Notes: generated by a model not told the origin, from the letters alone. A stretch of DNA of 60,359 nucleotides, filler included, from Asterionella formosa (GCA_002256025.1; 8 parts of 8 records of this genome joined end to end with filler, not necessarily neighbours in it), one strand, 5' to 3'. Shown: positions 34,850 through 50,960, counted from the whole stretch's first letter. Translations and numbers: made by a program.

Positions 34850-35560
34850 ACGAGCAATCACAAATTCGTCAACAAAAGAATCAATTGTTTCAGTGCATCC
34901 TAATCATTGTATCCTCCCTGCAATGCCCCCCATGAAGGGCAATGAGTGCTCTTGTCCATGGTAAAGTGATCTTATGTCCAATCAAGAAAGCATTGGATTT
35001 GCTTTGCCTCGGCAAAGGTTATCACAGTGTCAGTTTGGATCACGAGGTCATTCGTTCGATTTCGATACATATAAGACTCTCTGTCAACCCATTTCAAAAA
35101 ATGCTGAACATCCTCTTTCAAGAAAAACTCAAGTTCTCCAATAAACCAGTTGTTGCAAAACCCACACGTGGCTCCGTTAAAATTTCGCTTTCCGGTCCAT
35201 TTTGTATCATGCCCTGTTTGCTGCCTCGAGCGCATTAACTGAACGTAATCGAGAAATATTTCCTTCATTTTCCCCATCTCATATGCATATTGCTCATGTA
35301 CCCAAATAGGTAGTAGTCGATTGTTGAGTGCAGAAATGATTCTTCTTCCATTCGCATGACGAACTGGAAGTTGCATCCCGCATATTGGTTGAGTTCACGA
35401 AAGAAGTCCCACATTTTGATCGCATACCATCGAATCATGTGTCGATATCCAACTTAGAACTGCGGATGCTGCCACGTAGTTGGGTCATCATGTGTAAGCC
35501 AATCTGGAACTTGCCAATAGGACGTTCCTATCAGATTTACAAGTTTCATAAGCCCGCGAT
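34850..35560 (-). pseudogene. GT15 (Kre2/Mnt1-like alpha-1,2-mannosyltransferase) pseudogene
   Basis: CGFCNNWFIGELEFFLKEDVQHFLKWVDRESYMYRNRTNDLVIQT resembles the GT15 block F.NNFEI..L.FF...Y..F...D...Y..RWGD. Stops and frameshifts on both sides. Confidence 0.5.
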
Positions 35561-36094
35561 ACTTGGGATCAACGTTTGCTTCCAACTTTTGCAGAACATT
35601 GCTGTCGAAAGTCGTAATGATCGGAGAAAATATGAGGGTGCGATGATCAGAAAATCCTACCGGTACCCGGTACCGGTAGATACGTGTAATTGGGAACAGT
35701 GCCTGGTACTAACATACCAGTTGCCAAGCCTCGTTAAAAAGGCAATCATGTGCGTGCGTTTACCTAAAATGAATTACCGGTATACCTACATATGTACCGG
35801 TATGGAGGTCCTGGTTACCAGGTGGAGTGCCAGGTACCGGTAGTCACTTTTATTCGAATAATTACTCTACATTGCTAATACCGGTAGTCTACTATTATAC
35901 CTGCCATTTCATAGTTCGTAGAGCTGATATAAGTACCGATAGATAGACCCGTAATAGAACTTTCTTTTCACGCTACTTGAAAGAGTCGAACATGGACTTG
36001 GATTCTACAAGTTGCATATACATACGAGAAGTGTATCATACAAGGATGCATAAACGCGGCAGACTCTAGATTGAATACGCATGTTCTCCATTCA

Positions 36095-37387
36095 CTATTG
36101 TTCCTCCAAGAACTCTTGGAGCTTCGTCATGGCAATATCCAACTCTTCCATACTTGTGGCATAACTTAGGCGAATCGTTCCCGGCGCGCCAAAGCTTGAC
36201 CCTGGTACGATGGCTAGCTTCTTGCTCTTCAATAGTTCCAAGCAAAGCTGTGTATCGTCGCCTCCAAAATATGAATGGACATCCGGCAAAACATAAAATG
36301 CTCCATTTGGGGGGACCGCGACATGCACTCCCTTCATGGCGGCCAATCGTCCCAGGACGTAATCTCGTTTTCCTCGCATAATTTCTACATTCTTGTCCAG
36401 TTCTTCGTCTGTAACTTTTGTCAAAGCAGCTACACCTGCTGCTTGCGAAATACTCCCTGCACAAGAAGTGAGTTGCGATTGAATGGTCGTACACGCCTTG
36501 GCAAGCTTCGTAGGCGCCGCCAAGTAGCCTAACCTCATACCAGTCATGGCATATGCCTTACTGAATCCATTGACCGTCATGGTCCTCTCAAACATGCCTG
36601 GCATTCTGGCGAAGGCTGGGCACCCGCCTTCAGTATATACGAGACGCTCATAAATTTCATCCGCCAGGATCGCCACTTTTGGGAAGTCTCTCAAGACACT
36701 CGCGAGCTCCTGGCATCGTTTCTCGTCGTGAACACCGCCAGTTGGGTTAGAAGGGTTGCAGAGTATTAAAAGTTTAGCTGATGGCTGCGCTTCAAGGGTG
36801 CGACGCAAAGCTTGGGGAGTAAGCAAGAAACCATCCTCTGCCTTGGTCTCGACGACGACAGATTCAGCACCAGAAAGTGCAACCATTTCTGGATAAGAAG
36901 GCCAGAATGGCGCGGGGATAATAACTTTATCTCCTGGTCCACATGTTGCTAGAATTCCTTGAAAGACGCACTGCTTGGCGCCATTTCCAACAACAATATC
37001 AGTCTGAGGATTGTACTCAAGCCCTTTACGTCGTTTTAAATCGTTCGCAATGGCGTTTCGAAGCGCAGCAGTTCCCGTCACTGCTGTGTATTTCGTTTCA
37101 CCGTTGTTGACCGCATCTATAGCCGCGTCAAGGACAGCCCGAGGAGGCGGAAAATCCGGCTCTCCAACACACAGAGAAGTCACTGTCATTCCATCGGCTT
37201 CCATTTGTTTCACCAAAGAAAATATTTCCACGGTCTTGGATACTTTGACGGATGCAATGAGCGGATTAATTGCGATTTCAGAAGATTCTACGGACACTTG
37301 ACAATGTGAACATTTTGGGTGCCTCGCCCTTGGCGCTTGAAACGAAGCCACAGGAGCTGCAAATAGCAAGAGAAAGGTAAGCTTCAT
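36095..37387 (-). CDS. Plastid-targeted class Ib aspartate / prephenate aminotransferase
   Basis: VGEPDF, CNPSNPTG, DEIYE, NGFSKAYAMTGMRLG (PLP lysine) and IRLSYA. N-terminal KVSKT resembles plant PAT. Signal peptide plus VASF motif. Confidence 0.92.
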   Translation of the reverse strand: MKLTFLLLFAAPVASFQAPRARHPKCSHCQVSVESSEIAINPLIASVKVSKTVEIFSLVKQMEADGMTVTSLCVGEPDFPPPRAVLDAAIDAVNNGETKYTAVTGTAALRNAIANDLKRRKGLEYNPQTDIVVGNGAKQCVFQGILATCGPGDKVIIPAPFWPSYPEMVALSGAESVVVETKAEDGFLLTPQALRRTLEAQPSAKLLILCNPSNPTGGVHDEKRCQELASVLRDFPKVAILADEIYERLVYTEGGCPAFARMPGMFERTMTVNGFSKAYAMTGMRLGYLAAPTKLAKACTTIQSQLTSCAGSISQAAGVAALTKVTDEELDKNVEIMRGKRDYVLGRLAAMKGVHVAVPPNGAFYVLPDVHSYFGGDDTQLCLELLKSKKLAIVPGSSFGAPGTIRLSYATSMEELDIAMTKLQEFLEEQ

Positions 37388-37839
37388 GATCGATTACAAA
37401 GCAAAGCAAAGCAACGCAGAAACTTGAAAGGATGAATTATCATCTATCATTCTGAAAAAAAAAGCTAAATATCTCGATTACAGGGCCTACATGCATATCG
37501 TTGTGGCGGTTTCTTGGACATGAGCCACACCATGATACTCCTGCTAGACAAACTTTACCTTGTACCAGTTACCAGCAATGGTACTGGTACCATCAGCCCA
37601 GATACCTGGTACCAGGTACTTGGTACTCTTACCAATACGTAAGCAATCTAAACCAGATTCAGGAATTTGCCATACAAGACGGTTCTTACTATGATGCAAG
37701 CAGAGCTAAAAACTGCAACTTACTAACTACCGGTGGTACNNNNNNNNNNNNNNNNNNNNNNNNNNNNNNNNNNNNNNNNNNNNTTAATTAATTAANNNNN
37801 NNNNNNNNNNNNNNNNNNNNNNNNNNNNNNNNNNNNNNN

Positions 37840-38254
37840 ATTTCCAATCACAAACAGGATTGGTTTGCCCAATGTTGACCTGCCTAACTCGGCTATACAC
37901 AGTGAAACCGGAGTTAGGCAAAGAATTGGAGAGTGACCCAGAGCTTGCCGATTTCATATGGAATGGTTCTGATGCACTACTTCCGAAGAATCACACCATT
38001 GAACATACCAACAAGGCACATTTAGATTATATTAAATCAACATTTGGTGGCATGTGCATTAAAAAGTTGAGAGAATGTCAGAATGTATTGAATAATCAAT
38101 TTAAAGGAATCTTAGGTAAGTTCTTGCAGGGCGGGAGATGCTCTGAAAGCATGATGTTTTGAGATGGTGATTATATTCTTATCAAATATGTTTGAATTTA
38201 AAAATGCTGATATAATTCATGAAACACCAGCTGGTCTAACAGAATATAACTTTC
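37840..38254 (+). repeat. Near-identical inverted copy of 44104-44517 (transposon-internal ORF fragment)
   Basis: The 100-aa ORFs at 37860 (+) and 44497 (-) differ at one residue. Confidence 0.92.
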
Positions 38255-40219
38255 AATTGTGCGTTGGTGCCAGTATAGACAGATTCCGATAAACCAATTT
38301 CTTCAGCTGTATGGGATACTTGTGGAAGATATCCTGTATCGGTGCATAACAATTCCAATTGTTTCGTGCATCCAGGGATGATGCTGTGCTTACAGGCAAG
38401 GTGAAATACTTGATCCAAATGTTCATCCAAACTTGCATCTTTTCCTGGATCACGGACTTGATGACAAAATTTATCATTCATAGCAAAATGATAGTGCACA
38501 AAATGGTTGCTTTCATCCTCATCTTTTCTTTTGCAATAAACAATTACCACATACAGTAGTTATTGTCATGATGAAGTGGATGACAATCACCTTGGTATAT
38601 ATACGGTTTGTTATTACCCTTTTCTGGCTGGGTTTTCATCCAGATCAAATATAGTATATAACCTTTACATCAGTTGGATGAAGTTCATGAATTATATAAT
38701 TGATCATAGAGGCAATTGTTTCAAGGTCCCAATATGCAAGATCTTTAAAATCTGAAGAAGATTTAATGTTTTTCTTCAAACTTTGTTCCCGACTCAGTGC
38801 ATCAACTGAGCTGCCTTAGCCAGCATCACATCTCTGTCTGCATGGATCTTCTTGAATTCGAGGTCTTGATCTAGCTAGGATATAGCTCGGAATTTTTCTT
38901 GAATATCTTTTCTTTTAAAAATGCAATAGTTTCTCTGCTTTCATGATGTTCATCTTGATGTTCGGGACTAATAGTGAGACATATTTCTTGGTTTTGCAAC
39001 TTTTCAACGACCATTTCTACTTCAGAGCTGATGTCTCCCACACTTCCGCCGGTATTTTCATTCATCGCATGAATTTGTTCATCAAATGAATGAGAATCAC
39101 TGAGTTCTTCTTCATTATCAGCGATTTCAGGACAATGAGGAGCAAAATACGACACTGGATGGAACTGTGATTATGTAGGAATAGAGTCTTCATCCGCGAA
39201 GAACAACTGTTTGGATTCCCTCTGCTCTTTGAAAGCAATCTTTCCTTCTTTTCAATCTCTGCCACTATTGTTTCGGCATACTCGCTTCATCATCTGTCTG
39301 GAGTATTATGAGTCTTTTCAAATTCATTTGTTATTTGAGTGTATTCAAAGGAATCTTCGATTGATTTCATAAGTTTCTTCATCTTCTTTTCCGAAGACAT
39401 AAAAGTCGTGTAGTGTAAACAATGGAAGTAAGTCACGTTTCTTGTTTGACTGACCCTTTGCATGAAATCCATGAAATTAATTCCATTTGGAAAGTTGTCA
39501 AAGGGCCAGAAGACTATGATGTAAAACAGTGGAAGGTAAGCGCGGAGCTTTTTGCGGCGCTTGTGGAGGTGCAGCTGGTGTGATGGTAACCGAGTGTAGT
39601 AATTGTTGAACAGAGCACAGCAGTGTAATATGCATGTTCCGCCAGCATAGTGTTTACACAATACACATGCCGGCATAAATACAGCTATAACAAGGAAAAA
39701 CGACACGACAATGAACGTGATGGCCGGTTGTTGAGGATCCGTTATGTGATATTTATCAATCCATATCACAAATCATATTATAGTGATGTACATATCAACG
39801 CATCCGTATACTTAGATCCTATACACCGTATAATACTATCATATTAACTGTTGGCTTTTACTGTATACATTAAAAGTCGAATATATATATTAAGGAACAT
39901 ACACTATGATTTATTTATTTATTTTCTATAATATTTTGATAACACTTGTATACATATTTTATCGTATTTTATTATCATTGTATTATTTTGACATAATCAT
40001 TTTTTGATTAATAATATATCATAAACATTTTAAAAAATCATCATAGTTCTATGATCAATGCCTCATAGCTATGTGATATACTTTATTCAATATTACGTAT
40101 CATACTTTGGTGATGTATGCATCGATGTAACCCTATCGTGATATCACATTATCATCTTATCAATCATGATGAGATGATTGCGAACTGTATTCTGCATGGT
40201 ACTACGGAGTATGATATTA

Positions 40220-41139
40220 TAACACGCACTTTAGTAGCTTAGTTACTCCTGTAATGTAAACAAGTCGACAGTGCACATATACACACGCTAATCAGGTTTG
40301 AGGCAACAGACAGTGGTTCCAACGAGCGAATGACGATACCACGGGTACCAATTTTACCAGCGGCAAACCGCAATGATGAAGGACACTTGTCCCTCTATTG
40401 ATGAGGATGACACGGACACCGACTTTTCCAGGAGCAAAAACAACAATGAAGAGACCCACTTGTCGCTCTATTGATGGTAACAAAGATGTGGAAAAGTTCA
40501 ACAGTGAATACAAGAACAACATACCGATGAAAACATGTCGGCAGTGCGTTTATGCACACGCCAAGCAGGTTTGAGGAAACAGACAGTTCCAACAAGCAAA
40601 TGACGATACGGATATCAAATATTTCCTATGAGCAAACAACAATGAAGAGAGCCCCTTGCTTTCGCTCTCTTGATGGTATCAAAGATGCGGACAAGTTCGA
40701 TAGTAAATACAAGTACAGCATGCCAAATGCAGAAACGAGCAACATGAAAAAGAAATTGCAATCAGAATCATTCTATAACTATAGCTATGTGGACAGTAGT
40801 CTGTTACGCACATTTTCGTATCTCCTTCTGTGCTGAATCTCAATAGTAGATGTAGTATCAGGTGAGAATTGAAAATGTCAATGAGAGTAGGTAGAATGTG
40901 TTTGTTTACGGGTTGATTGGCGAGATTGTAATGCTGGTGATTGACAAAACAGATTTACTATGTGCGCTGTGTGCGGAACCATTACAGGTTCGAATGATTT
41001 CTTCTCTGTAAACTCTTAATTGAATGACTATAAACATAGGTTCACTGCACATGACGATTACTCAAAGACATAGTGATCACTTGACCAAAAATTGAAGACG
41101 TTATCGCAAACAATCATTCCACTTGTTAATGCTAGTATT
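40220..41139 (+). repeat. ~1-kb dispersed repeat, copy 2
   Basis: Collinear with 9386-10388, with an internal deletion in the second tandem unit. Confidence 0.85.
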
Positions 41140-41399
41140 TTGTGAAAACATCATAATAACCAATTTAGTATGCGATACTATATTGTTACCAATATCATTT
41201 ATATTATTATTCTGTATTTATCAACGTTCGCTTGTTAGTTTTTGGTCCCACCCGATTGATTTCCATAAATGACGTGGAGGCATGGCAACAAAAAAATTAT
41301 CTTTCCGTATCTGTTCCAAAACTTCTTGCGGTTTCAGAGATTTCCTTGGCCTGATTCCTGTGGTTTCAAAGCAGGAACAACAAATGCTGCCGAAAGTAT

Positions 41400-44300
41400 G
41401 TTATGAAATTCAACAACGCTCAATTCAGTTGTATCATTTCATAAGGTGTCTGTCTCCTCTTGCAAAAAACATACGTTTATGAATTTTCATTTCAGTTGAA
41501 CTTTTCAAGGAACGAAGTCCAATACACATTAAGAGAATGGTTGCTGTGTTGGAGAAAATGACATTTCCCCAAAGAAGTAGTTTTGCCGGAACTGTGTAGG
41601 AACTTGATCCATCTCCTTTCTCCCAGTTCACTTCCACTTCTACCCAGTCAAACCATTCACGACCAGAGATTCCTTCATTTGAATCATTATTCCATTTCGG
41701 ATGGCATCTGAAAATAGTAGTTTGGCCGGGAACGTTATTTTCAATTTTAACATGATAATAAAATTCAATCCTTACAATGGAAACAGTCCCAACCCCATCT
41801 TCAAGACTTTTTTCTCGCTATTTCTATTTCTGAATTCGCAATGCTCTTTACGTAGTTGGCTCCCTTTGGTAAATCAGGATGAACCAATTGAGACAAGGGT
41901 GCATCCTTACTCCGTGATACATGCCCAATCTTATTAGGGACACCTGCTATAGTCCATAGACCATTTGATGATGAAACAGAAAGTGAATTGAACTTTAACA
42001 GGAAGGGATGTCTAATGGATCTTGGTAGGCGATATTCCAAAATTATCAGGCGATGTACTAGTACTAGGCAACATCCTTGTATCCTGAATCATTCCCTCGA
42101 AATCAATTTCTGTTGAAATACCCTCAGTTCCATTCATATGTACTACTTTACTCATCTTCTTTTGTTTCTTTTCTGTATGTAATGAATCACTTACAAAAAC
42201 AATTTTTAGTGACAAGGAAAGCTGCCTTGTTTCATATGACCTTATTAAAATGTCATGCTTTTATCGATGTAATTGTCCATTGACACGCTTACTGGGTCGC
42301 TCGTTTCAATTTGTCTTTCAAAAAAGACTCCAAATATTCACCAAAGAAATTGAGAGGAGATCCGATCTTCCTAATCAGATGAGAGTAATGTTTCATTCCA
42401 TGAAATTTTGCCATTCGTAAGCCAATTTGAGATGTCATTTCCCATAGGGGACCAATCATAATCTTAGTAACTGACATAAATCTCTTCACCCTTTCCTCTA
42501 AAATATCAATATATGTTGATGTATTCTACGGTATGAATAAAGTGTCATTGATAGATATACATAACCATAACAGCAATGTGAAATCCTTTTCTAGGTGCAT
42601 GTTCACTGAACCCATCATTCCACCCATTGAAAAAATAGTTAACAGACATCCGGGAATTTCTTGCCCTGACATTTTTGACAAAGCTGTCATACCAGATCTG
42701 TATGTCAATTTTGGAATATCACGATCGCTTTGACTTTCGAAACGACTATGAAATGGATGATTGTGGCCACTTGATTCAAGGAAAGGACACATAATTTATT
42801 TTTGTTTTCTACTCTCCCTAAATGCTGCAGCAGTTAAACTGCCGTTAACTTCTTTCCTTGAATGATTCCATGCACTACCGCAATACATAGTTTCATTTTG
42901 TATTCCAGGAACTCGATGTTCTTGCATGCAATGTCGACAGTGACCATATGCATAGAAAACACGGTTGCTACAATTTCGGTTGTGAGACTCAGATGGGGAT
43001 TTGTTCTTCCGAAATTTGTAGTTTCACAGATAACACCATTGCAATGTCCGCAAAGACATTGCAAATTTCAAATGATGACAAAGTCAGGATATGAACAGGA
43101 TAGAATGAAAATGAATTAATAATAATAAATTTAGCATTACTCTGATCATGCTGTGCTGGACAATACAGAGTCGTGAAATTATCACTCCACCATAATAGTA
43201 AAAATGGAGGTATACCGCTACATACAGTACAGGAGCCATTACTAGTAGTATAGAGCAACATCAATGTTTTCCTAACATCTATGATATGGTTTGTGCATTG
43301 TAGAAGTTTCACACTAACTATATTTATTATGTAACTACTAAGCATGCATTGGATTCTAGATCCATTCAAAATCAACGTCGTCATCAATGTCCCATTGATT
43401 AATGCGTTCATTGTAATCAATATTCTTCTCAGGAACATTTGGTTGAAGTGGTTCAGCATATTTATGCATATCCTCTTCACTTACGTTGGGAAATGAGATA
43501 TATGAGTGTGGGTAGATGATATTTGCTGTGGAAGTAGCAATTCCACTAGGATTCCTTCCATATTCAGATCGATTCTTTTGTAAAAGTCCAGTGTAGATTT
43601 CCTTATAATAACCGAGTAAATCATCAGTCCATTGACCAGTGAGACCATTTGAAACTGAACTTTCTTCCCTCACACAATTTTTGATAAGTGGTTTCCCACC
43701 AATGTGCGTCGACAAAATCAGTAGAATGACGAATATCGTTCTCTGAAGCAAATTTCATGCGTATCTGGATTGAAACCCAAATATTTTTGTTGCAATCGGA
43801 ATTTTCCTTTCAGCACCAAGAAGCAAAATGCTTCTGTACTGGCATTGATCAGTGAACCAACAAAAAGTGATTGCAATTCACACTGTGCCCAAGAAATGAG
43901 TTAAAATTTGGTCACACCAGATTCGTCTCCTCCTGTTAAACATGGTTCTCCACGGCTTGTCCTGCATATAAAATACACTGGAGCAAGAACATCACGCCAG
44001 ACTTGGTATCCTTGGCCTGGCTTCCCCTGTCAATGTCCTTTGACTGCGCAAAACAATAAATTGTGAACGCCCACCTAAAAAAGTCATCAATATCCATAGT
44101 CTGGAAGTTATATTCTGTTAGACCAGCTGGTGTTTCATGAATTATGTCAGCATTTTTAAATTCAAACATTTTTGATAAGAATATAATCACCATCTCAAAA
44201 CATCATGCTTTCAGAGCATCTCCCGCCCTGCAAGAACTTACCTAAGATTCCTTTAAATTGATTATTCAATACATTCTGACATTCTCTCAACTTTTTAATG

Positions 44301-44520
44301 CACATGCCACCAAATGTTGATTTAATATAATCTAAACGTGCCTTGTTGGTATGTTCAATGGTGTGATTCTTCGGAAGTAGTGCATCAGAACCATTCCATA
44401 TGAAATCGGCAAGCTCTGGGTCACTCTCCAATTCTTTGCCTAACTCCGGTTTCACTGTGTATAGCCGAGTTAGGCAGGTCAACATTGGGCAAACCAATCC
44501 TGTTTGTGATTGGAAATACC
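41400..44520 (-). mobile_element. Plavaka-like (EnSpm-related) transposon remnant with an upstream accessory ORF
   Basis: Broken frames SQSDRDIPKLTYRSGMTALSKMSGQEIPG, KFHGMKHYSHLIRKIGSPLNFFGEYLESFLK...ATQ and FRCHPKW...WFDWVEV.W...PAKLLLW resemble Plavaka transposase C-terminal motifs. Confidence 0.65.
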
Positions 44521-46082
44521 TTTCATACTACTTTGACCAGAGAGGCAGGGCGGGATGTTTGATTCTCTTTTGGGACCGGAAAAAAGCACATTAGATAGAT
44601 TCTGTTTTACAGTAACTGGAATTCACGAACTATAACCTCAAACTTACATGTTCACAGCAAAACTTCTTGGTCTTGAAAGCAAATAAAACTCACAACCTTT
44701 GTGACAATTGATGGTTCAATTCTACATTAGCGGGAACGATGTTCTGATAAGGCTGCTGAAATTGAAGATTCTTGATAACCTCGTATGGACGAGTTTTGAA
44801 CCGAATTACGATCTTTGTAGTGATTGAGTTCATTGACCAATTGATAATATCCTTTGGCAAGTGCAAGATGTTTTTCCCTCAGTTTGTCATGTACTTGTTG
44901 GTCCGTGCGATTAGAAAATTTATGATATGGTACCATGTTGTCGATCTGCATCTGGGAGTTATTAATGGTATCATCGACAGGAGCCATTTTTCTTGTATCA
45001 ACAACTGAAAAAGAAACGTCATCATCACTTTCAGTATCAATTACGGGATCCTTTGTACTAGTAGCTGATGGTGTCCCCATCGACGATGGGGTATTACCCC
45101 CACTAACCCCCTAATGCCAATTGGGTTCCTTTGGATAATTGTCTATTCGCTTTTTCTTTGTTTAACTCATTTTGGTACTTGCTTCTTTGTTCCATACCGG
45201 CAGTATTTGCCACATGTCGCTTGTTTCCATGAACCTCTTTATGGTTTTTTGAAGACATTGCTTGTACTACTAGATAACTGTTGTCGNNNNNNNNNNNNNN
45301 NNNNNNNNNNNNNNNNNNNNNNNNNNNNNNTTAATTAATTAANNNNNNNNNNNNNNNNNNNNNNNNNNNNNNNNNNNNNNNNNNNNTACTTAGCAAGAAC
45401 TGTCCAGAGAAGTTGCACACAAAGCATGCAGCAAGGATAAGAAATGGGAATCTTGAATGTTGGAGGGAGGATGTTGAGGATAAACGACTACTGTTAGCAG
45501 ACAGTAGTATATCTAGTACTGCAATGACTGCACAGTCTGCACAACCAACAGTCATGGTGAGGAATTCCATGGAACAAGAAGGTCAGTTCAGGAAAATATA
45601 TGCGGGATTCGTAAATGGAATAGCAATTCCTACAGATCAAGTCCAACATGCAAGATTAAATGATAAGACTGAGACGATTGGAATTGCAAATCGTATAAAG
45701 TCGACCAATGAGAAAGAGTGGATTGAGGTGAAGAACAAATCCAAGAAAGTAAGATTCGTGAAACAAGATCAATTTGGTAAGACCAAGTAATTTGGCAGGA
45801 TTGATAGAATTTGGTAAGATTGATAGAAAAAGTAATCTGAAGTAATCACAACATTGAAAGAGGTTAATCTAAAAGTAGATTAAAGTGTTGTCGAAAACTA
45901 GCTAGTGGAGAACTAGTAGTACTGGACACTAGACGTGTAAGTACCTGGTACTATCAAGGAGATCTGGAACATCTCAACACATGTCATCATCAGAAGATAC
46001 CCGGTACTAATACCAGGTACCTGGCACCATCAGGTGGTATTATATAAAAAAAAGGTACAGCAACACACAACCATTATTATAG

Positions 46083-47693
<1,611 letters not shown>

Positions 47694-47917
47694 AATATGT
47701 ATGGTGACTGCAGAAGTTTTTACGTAAAGTCTAGGTCTGACCATGCAATGAGTATAGTTAGGTAATAAATATAGTAAACCATTGATTCTTCAAGTTCATC
47801 CTATGTATTTACGTGCCATTTTTTGTGCATGTGTGCAAACACGCTCATGGCTTCTTTGTTTCCATTCACTTTCATTTCAATTTTACAAAGTTCGTTAGTT
47901 TTCGTTCCTCCTTGTCT

Positions 47918-49368
47918 TTACGCTTCCACAGCTGCCTTGAACTCCGCCAAAGCTCCATTGGTATGCATTTCTTCAGCTACCAAAACAGCATTCAGAGCCG
48001 CACCACGCAACAATTGGTCCCCACTGACAAAGAATTCCAATCCATAGTCACCAAAGACAAGGGATTTACGCAGTCTTCCCACTTCGACATCATATTGGCC
48101 AGTCACAGTTAGGGGCATGGGATAGGACAAGGTGGATGGATCATCGACCAATTTGACACCAGGAGCCTCCATCAAGGCACGTTGGGCAACGGCCACATCC
48201 ACCGGTTTTTCGGTTTCAATAATAATCACTTCGGAGTGAGCCCGAATGGTGGGAATACGAACAGCAGAGCACCTGTTTGTGTATAAATAACAATGGGTGA
48301 ATTGATGACAAAAACATTCAAGAGAAACAGCATATGAAACCACATGTATTTGTTCCCACAAACATGCATGGTACTTACGACACTGGAAAGTCATCTGGCA
48401 AATCACAAATCTTTCTACATTCCCAAGCCACTTTCATTTCTTCCTTGGTGTAACCATTTTCTTGAAATTTATCAATTTGTGGAATAACATTAAATGGGAG
48501 CGGATGAGCAAAAATAGTATTTACCGGTTTTCCTCCTTCCAAATAAACCTTGGTACCCTGCAACAATTCATCCATACCCTCTTGTCCAGCACCCGATGCG
48601 GCTTGGTAGGTGGACATGATAATTTTCTTCAATCCAAATAGTTTGTGGAGTGGCCACAATGCCATGAGACCGATGGCTGTTGTACAGTTGGGATTGGCGA
48701 TGAGTTTCTTGCCCTTAGTACACTGGCCATTGATTTCCGGGACAACCAATGGAATATGAGACATGTACCGAAAGGCAGACTGTGGGGCAATGTTTGTTGG
48801 GTAAGAGTCATGTTGTTGTGAAATGACGTGCACACTATGCAGCAGTAAATATATATATATAACATACCGAATTATCAATGACAACAGCACCATTAGGTCC
48901 ATCACTAATGGCTTCTGCATGTTCCAATGAAAAGTCCCCGCTGACAGCCAAAAAGACGACATCGCATTCTCTAGCTTTGGCAACATCAAATAGTTCGACA
49001 GTAATGGTCCCAAAGGTCTTGGAGTCAACGGTCGAACCTGCCGATCGTGACGATCCAAAGATACGCAATTTGTCAGTAGGGAAGGACGAGGCTTCCAAGC
49101 ACTGACGAATTTCTTTACCCACGGCACCAGTGGCTCCCACAATGGCAACTGTATACGACATGTGGAGTGATGACGATTGTGGACGACGAAGAGGTGTAGT
49201 AGCAGTAGCACGAAGGGCGCGGGGAACAAAGGCACTTGACGTGGACACTGACGAGCGAGGACTGATGGTAGCGGTAGTCCCGGAGGAGAGTCCAGCAAAC
49301 GCGTGTGTCGTGGAGGGAAGGGCGGCAGCTACGAGCAATGCTGCAACAGTCGTTCCAATAAACTTCAT
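47918..49368 (-). CDS. asd: Plastid aspartate-semialdehyde dehydrogenase; exons 49368-48868, 48779-48379, 48272-47918
   Basis: VGATGAVG, spliced [22 protein letters not shown], spliced SCSAVRIP and [11 protein letters not shown]. Introns 48867-48780 and 48378-48273 are GT-AG. Presequence has THAF. Confidence 0.95.
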
Positions 49369-50279
49369 TTGCTTTTTACAAAACGGGAGAAGAGGAGCGT
49401 TGCAAATGTGAGTGATAACAATGGTGATTGGGCCAGTGATGGCCAGTTACCAGTTGTACCACGGGTAGACTACGGCAAGACATCGGATACCGGTACATAC
49501 CTACCGAGATATCTATGATATATCAATATACCGGTACCTGGTACCTGGTACCGGTATTCTACCTGTTACCTGGTACCAGGTACCATACCAGTGCGAGGCT
49601 TCAGCATCAGGATAGCTACATACCGGTACTGGTATGATGTATGACGGTATATTGTACGGGTAGAATGTACATATGCTTAGGAGTTCGGGACTTCTACCTA
49701 TTTTCTTAGCTCTTGATTTATGATCGTTAAATATCATTAGTACAGTTCTCCGATTTTCATCAATACGAATTCCCTATTGCCCGTCCCTGCAGCACATGTG
49801 TATTTTATGACATAAATAACGGTAGGAAAGAAATTTGGTACCATCCAGGTACCTGTTACCATAATTCAACGTCACCACAGGCAGATGGTATGTTTTCCGT
49901 CGTGCGTGAGGACTGCAAATGACAGAGGCCTGAAATTTGTGCGGCCAGCCATGCTCTGATCCCTCAAGATGGTTATTTATAGCCACAACGAATGAAACGA
50001 CTTTACATGAACATTCCAAATTCCTCAAAATGTACATTCGTGTGCTCCTCGACAGTCAGCCCTACATATATGATATGTATGATATCATTGTCTTTCCTCC
50101 CGACACCAACCGGATAAATATGATTAGCTATTTATTCAGGACTTAGTACACATAGTGAGAGTGCACTGTGAAAGAGCTGGCACGCTTCCATGGAGGCTTG
50201 GCTTGTGCTCGTGACCCTTGCAACATGCCATGTCTTTGAAAGGAAGAAAACCATGTCATGCGAAGATCTGTGGTGCGAT

Positions 50280-50960
50280 TCACCATATTTCCTGATTCAT
50301 GCAATTCACACATGGATGTTGAAGCTATGTTGTCCCAAACTTTATGAAATGCAATAGAATTATGTCTCTTTTGAAGTGCAGATTCAGAACTTGTGATGTT
50401 TTGGACAGCACTACTATTTTGAATATGGCCACTAGGGGTCTCTGTTGAGACCAAGCCATAAACTTAGACATAACTGCACCTGAATGTGCCAGGTCTAGTT
50501 TATCCTCCCCAATTCAATCGCCCAGCACATTCTATCAATTTAACTTTGAAATAGGTGGATGTTGTCTTCCAAGAGGAAATTGGTAGAGTCTAATTCTGGA
50601 TAATAGTTTGGAGAAGCTGGTGCACGGAGGCATGACTTTCCACAATCTGAGTTTATTGTTATCATTAAACTACAACCATAACCTCTTGCAATGAATTGCT
50701 TTCTCCCATTTATTGTCAAGTAATTAGAACAGAAGCAGCAAACATAAATTATACTAGAAACAAATTTCCATGTTGGATGCAAGTGCCCCTTTTCGCATGT
50801 CTGAACAAAGGGGTTGGAATGACATTTCTTGTCAAATTGGTTGTTACACTGTTGATGCATGGATTGTCCAAATGGACTGAGATAGCATTGTGTACATCCT
50901 GAAAATCAATGTAAACCAAAAGGTTAGCTCGAAATAAATACCAACATGACTCCACCAATG
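50280..50960 (-). mobile_element. Highly decayed Copia (CoDi-type) RT/RNase H remnant
   Basis: NYYPELDSTNFL...FQS, WAIELGRIN and ESALQKRHNSIAFHKV match CoDi pol motifs (YHPELD; ELGRIDI; ESTLKKKHNSIAYH). Confidence 0.75.
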
